Assembly: GCF_964355755.1 (NCBI RefSeq)
Contig: NC_092674.1
Span: 23,126,001 to 23,190,000 of the forward strand
Source of the DNA: Antedon mediterranea
Taxonomy: Eukaryota; Animalia; Echinodermata
Direction of reading: 5' to 3'
DNA: 64,000 nucleotides
Under the pieces are notes generated by a model, which worked only from the letters and a program-made list of their open reading frames with translations, was not told the DNA's origin and made no database searches. Position numbers and translations under genes: made by a program. This document shows positions 59,207 through 64,000 of this stretch, piece after piece; position 1 is the stretch's first letter, and each line of letters opens with the position of its first letter.

Positions 59207-61447
59207 TCTATATTATAAGTGAGAGAGTTTGTCTGTCTGTTTGTCTGTCTGTTTGTTTGTTCGTTATACACATTTTTGTTACTGCACATAATCTTACATA
59301 TGGGGTATCAAAATGACCGCAATTGTACCGGGAATGTTCTAAGCTATATTTCAACATCATCCGCCACCTAGGATCCAAGTTAGGGCCCAAAATGTGGTCA
59401 AAACCCCCACTTTCGATGTTTGTTCGTTATACAAATTTCTGTTTCTGCATGTAACCATACATATGGGGTATCAAAATGATCGCAATTGTACCGGGAAGGT
59501 TTTAAACTACATTACAACAATTCCCCGAGTCCTGGGGTTTTTGTGGGAGGGTTGGGAGGGGGGTGGGGTGGTTTGTGATGTCATTTTTGCTTGGGCTCGG
59601 GGTTGTAGGCTATCGAATTGTAAAATTATACTGCAAATGTTTTACAGTATTTGAATTATCCTCAGGAAGGCCTTTGGGGAAATATAGATATAGATATACA
59701 TATTTTAATCATTACCAATATGACACCTATTCATTTACACATTTAACAAAGTACTTTAACCATATCCAGCTATGTATCTAGGATCCAAGTTAGGGGTCAC
59801 AATGCATGGTCAAAATGGCGCACTTTCGATGTTTGCTCGTTTTACAAGTTTCTGTTTCTGCATGTAACCATGGGGTATCAAAATGATCGCAATTGTGGTT
59901 GCAAAATGTATTTTAATTATCCCTGAAAAGGGGCTAGGGTGGGGATGTAGGCCTATCACCAAGACCGAAACTGTATTGGGAATGTTTTAAACTACTTATG
60001 AAAACTGCCACTGAGGGATTATGGGTTGGGAGATGGCTAACATAATTTTTATTGGAACCTTCTTAAACACGTCACCCAGTATCTGGGGTGTGTTTGAAGT
60101 GGGAGGAGGAGGACCGAACATGCTGGCGTAATGAAGTAGCCTATATGATTGGAATTGTAATAGGAAAAGTTACTACATTTGAACTGTCCAGGGGAGGAGT
60201 TAAGGTTTGTTGATTGTGGCTTGGATGGTGAGAGGAGAAAGAAGGCTAGGGGCCGCAGTATCAAAATTAGATATTTTAATTATCAGCCAATATGAAACCT
60301 ATTTATTTACACAGTTTACAACGTACTTAAACCATAGGCCTATCGTATTCGTAGCTATGTATACCCTCTCAATTTGAAGTTGAATTGAATTTGTACTGGG
60401 AAGAATTTTTTTTTTTTAAAGAGTGTGGGGTGTTATTGAAGAGGGGTGGGTGAGTATAGTGAGGTAGGCCTACTGGCGTCGGGTGTTCTGAGAAGGTTTT
60501 AAACTAATGTTAAAACCAATTAACCAATATGACACCTATTCAATTACACATTTAGCAAAGTACTTTAACCATATCCAGCTATGTATCGGTCTCTTGGGTT
60601 GTCTCATTACAGACATCCATACCTGTGTGAACATACACATGTTGTTTACTGTTACTGTGTTCAACTACATCACCAATCCTCCAAGGAAAAAACGTCAATT
60701 GTGTGAGAGTGGGGTTGGGAGATAGGGTTTGGGTTGAGGGGATAGTGGGGATTTTGCTTACACCAGAATTGTGGTTGGAAAATGTTAAAGTATTTAATCA
60801 TCCCTGGGAAGCGGATGGGAGTTTGGGGTGGGCATGTAGGCCTATCACCATGACCGAAAATGTATTTGGAATGTTTTAAACTACATTTGAAAACTGCCGC
60901 TGAGGGATTATGGGTTGGGAGTGATAATAACATAATTTGTACTGGAACCGGCTTCAACACATCACCCAGTGTATCTGGAGTGTGTTTGTAGGGGGAGGAG
61001 GAGCGAAAATACTAGCGTAATGAAGTAGCCTATATGATTGGATTGTACTAGGAAAAGTTACTAAATTTGAACTTTCCAGGGGAGGAGTTAAGGTTTGTTG
61101 ATGGTGGCTGGGGTCGTGAAAGGAGAAAGAAGGCTGGGGGACCGCAGTATCTAAATTACATATTTTAATTATCAGCCAATATGACATCTATTCATTTACA
61201 CAATTTACAACGTACTTCAACCATTATTAGACCCATCGTAGCTATGCATACTCCTCTCAATTCGAAGGTTAGGTTGAATTTAATTTGTCCATCACTGGGA
61301 AGAATTTGTTTTTAAGAAAGAGTATGGGGTGTTATTGAAGAGGGGTGGAGGTTGGTGAATATAGACAGATACTGGCGTCGGGTGTTATGTACTGAGAAGG
61401 CTGTAAACTAATTTTGAAACCCGCCCTGGGGCGGGTATAATTGCTAG
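59207..61447 (+). mobile_element. Non-autonomous Helitron
   Basis: A|TC 5' end, (GTCT/GTTT)n near 5' end, internal duplicated blocks, 3' hairpin CCCGCCC-tg-GGGCGGG followed by CTAG|T, no TSD. Confidence 0.8.
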
Positions 61448-61585
61448 TTATTTATAAGACTATTCTCACTCTCAACTTCTACCCGAATAATTTCAATTTT
61501 AATTATAGTACTTGCTTTGCTTGTATGATAGCGTCCACAATTTTTTAGCTATCGTCCTGAATTCCTGGTTAATATGTATAAAACA

Positions 61586-61703
61586 AATAAGGCCATATAA
61601 ATGACTGCAGTCGCGTGCTCAAATTTGAGTTAGTTTTCACCGACCGACCGACCAACCGACCGACATAGTGAGCTGTAGAGTCGCGTAAAACGCGACTAAA
61701 AAT
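61586..61703 (-). mobile_element. Short Helentron-like (HINE) element; copies at 54661-54770 (+) and 36043-36145 (-)
   Basis: TTTTTAGTCGCG...CGCGACTCTA 5' end, (CGGT)n microsatellite, CACGCGAC sub-TIR, 3' GGCCTT(A/G)TT. Confidence 0.6.
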
Positions 61704-63786
61704 CTAATTTTGGCGACGTCACAAAACAATGACTTTAAAACATTCTGTTGTTTTATATAGGCCGATATAATAAAAAACAAAATCAGTTATAGTATTATTA
61801 TAAGTCCTTATTACACAAATGGGATTAAGTAAATTCGTTAAGATTATAAACATAACACGTTTTTTCTAGATAACTATATAAGACACGCTTCTAACGAAAA
61901 AGAATATAACGAACTAAACACTCCCTCACCCCATGTGTCTTCAAACGGAGCCACTAAATCCTCCTCTTGACTTTAGCAAGTTGGAGATGGGATTCCTTCT
62001 ATCCAGACTATCTTTTAGCCATGTGCTTCACGATAAATTCGAAATATTACGAATTTCATAAATTACTATATGCTGTTTTCATAGAATATAGCATTAGTCT
62101 AGGATTATGAGATATTTGTTTTGGTTTCGAAGCCTAAAATAGATTTTGTCAGCTGTGTGTTACCTAATTATAGGTCAACTGGATTGTGTCACGATAATAT
62201 TAATTTGACAAACTGCGTCATTTGTAAACAGGGACGTTGACATTTTATAAAATTTGATAAAAAAAAATCACAAATTAATCCTACATACATATTGTTGAAA
62301 AGAATAACTGAGCATGTATTCATAAATATTAAATGCCAACATAATAATATTGAAGGATGATTTTAATCTATCAGACTTCTTCCATTTCCGAATAAACATG
62401 CATTGGAATCGAATAATATATGCCGTTACAAACAACTTTACAAATGAATCAAACAAAAGAAAACAATTAATGTTGTAATATACAAAAACTAATTTTAATG
62501 ATTCTTCTGAAATAATCGTCGTTTTAAAGATATTTGGTAGTCGTTGATTTGTTGTTGCAGTAATCATGTTTATTTTATAATATTTGATACAAACAAAGCC
62601 AGGACTGTTTAAAGCACCTTGATTGGTCCTAACATTGATCAAGGGCTTCTCTCGTCCGTATTGTTTACTCATCAAAGATTATCATTTAAATAAGTTTTAA
62701 AAGAACTGTTAGAGAAGTCACGTAAAGATTTTGACCAGGATAGCCCAAATCTCCAAAATTAAACAGGTTTATTTCCACTTGGGTTCTGAAAAAATAAGGT
62801 TTTTAGTTAATAAAGTTCCGGTACGAATATTGCTTTACCAAGTTCCTAAAAATAATATTATTTTCAGTGTTTTCAATAACACTTGATAGTTTGTTTCATT
62901 CTCTTATGGAAGAGTTAATAATTGTTTGTTTGTATTATATGATTATTTTAATCATACACTTTCGTAAAGTTAACATTATGGTGCCTAATTAGTCTTCTTG
63001 TTTAATTTCTTTATTAGTATGAATACCTTTAAATTTTTAAGTATATTATTGTATATTATTAATATTGATGTTATTCAATATAAATATATTCAACAAGTGC
63101 ACGCAAACTACGCTAAAAAACTTAACCGAACGATCAAACGTCAGAGGTGCGTTCAACCTTGGCGAAGTATAGTTTTCGATTAAATGTTACTTAACTAAAA
63201 AATAAAATAAATATCTTTTTTGTAACGTCATTAGTTTAAAGCTTTATGTTCAGATAAAGTTAAAAAAAACACGTTTGATCTATTTAGACGACGACCAGCC
63301 CTCATGAACACATCCCTAATTTGAATATGGTTTTGCCCTTAATGCCAAGTTTCCGGTGATTATGCGGATGTTCGACGAAACTTAAGCAGTGGTTATATTG
63401 AATTTAAGTAGGCCTGACTGTCAACGTACAGTAGCATTTATTTTATCTTACCAAAAGCATTTACTGAAAAGAGAAAAGACAAATTTTTGGTAACTTTCTG
63501 AAATAAATCATCTAATGCGATGTTGCGTCTACAACTAATAAGCGTTATGTTGATCACATTTGGATCCGGAAAGCTAATGTTACCCCCAGGTATGTTATAT
63601 TAATTTCTGTATTACATTTTCTATGGTTTAATGAGATCTAGAATAGCTATGATAGGGTTATGTTGGTTGTCCACATTAAAGTTATGTTCGGTTAATTATG
63701 TATTCAGATGATACACTTCTGAAAGTAAAATCGCCGGAAACTAGACATTGAATCTAACCGTCATTTTCAGGAGGTAAATGACGTTA

Positions 63787-64000
63787 AGCTTGAATCCTAT
63801 CAAGACGCAACGTAAAGACGTACGGTAAGCCGCAACGCAAGCGGGTTGACCAACCACAAGCGATGCATTATTCGAACCATAGCTTGTGATTGGTCATTTC
63901 GCTTGCATTGCGGCTTACGTCTTTACGTTGCTTGGTAATGCTTGGTTCCCACTAGAGACGCAACACAAGGACGTAACGCAAAGTGAGTTGACCAACCACA
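63787..64000. mobile_element. Palindromic MITE family (two adjacent copies, second runs off the window); related copy near 46980-47090
   Basis: GCAACGTAAAGACGTA...TACGTCTTTACGTTGC inverted arms with TGACCAA(C/T)CACAAGC core. Confidence 0.6.

Overview
AT-rich eukaryotic genomic DNA from an invertebrate animal. The repeat landscape suggests a marine invertebrate, but the species cannot be fixed from the sequence. Three spliced genes were reconstructed by hand with GT-AG introns and consistent phases. (1) The 5' six exons of a STIM ER Ca2+ sensor (minus strand, 23718 to 256, continuing off the left edge). (2) A complete 5-exon SRA1/SRAP gene (plus, 24121-27950, about 267 aa), head-to-head with STIM across about 400 bp. 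(3) A 31-exon SVEP1/polydom-like gene (minus, 53576-30867, about 2074 aa) with a short C-terminal sushi array. Non-coding DNA holds MITEs, tRNA-derived SINEs, a 5'-truncated RTE-like LINE with TSD, two adjacent Helitrons, Helentron-like elements, a 2.3-kb foldback element and minisatellites. The most notable signals are: pervasive TA-[CTG/CAG]-TA and TA-GGCC-TA micro-insertions, shown by paralogue comparison to be 5-7 bp insertions at TA (probable transposon excision footprints); a Helentron-like element carrying two tRNA-Val copies; and a TIR element with a duplicated Cys-rich/NLS-like cassette and a central palindrome. No prokaryotic-type system or CRISPR array was seen.
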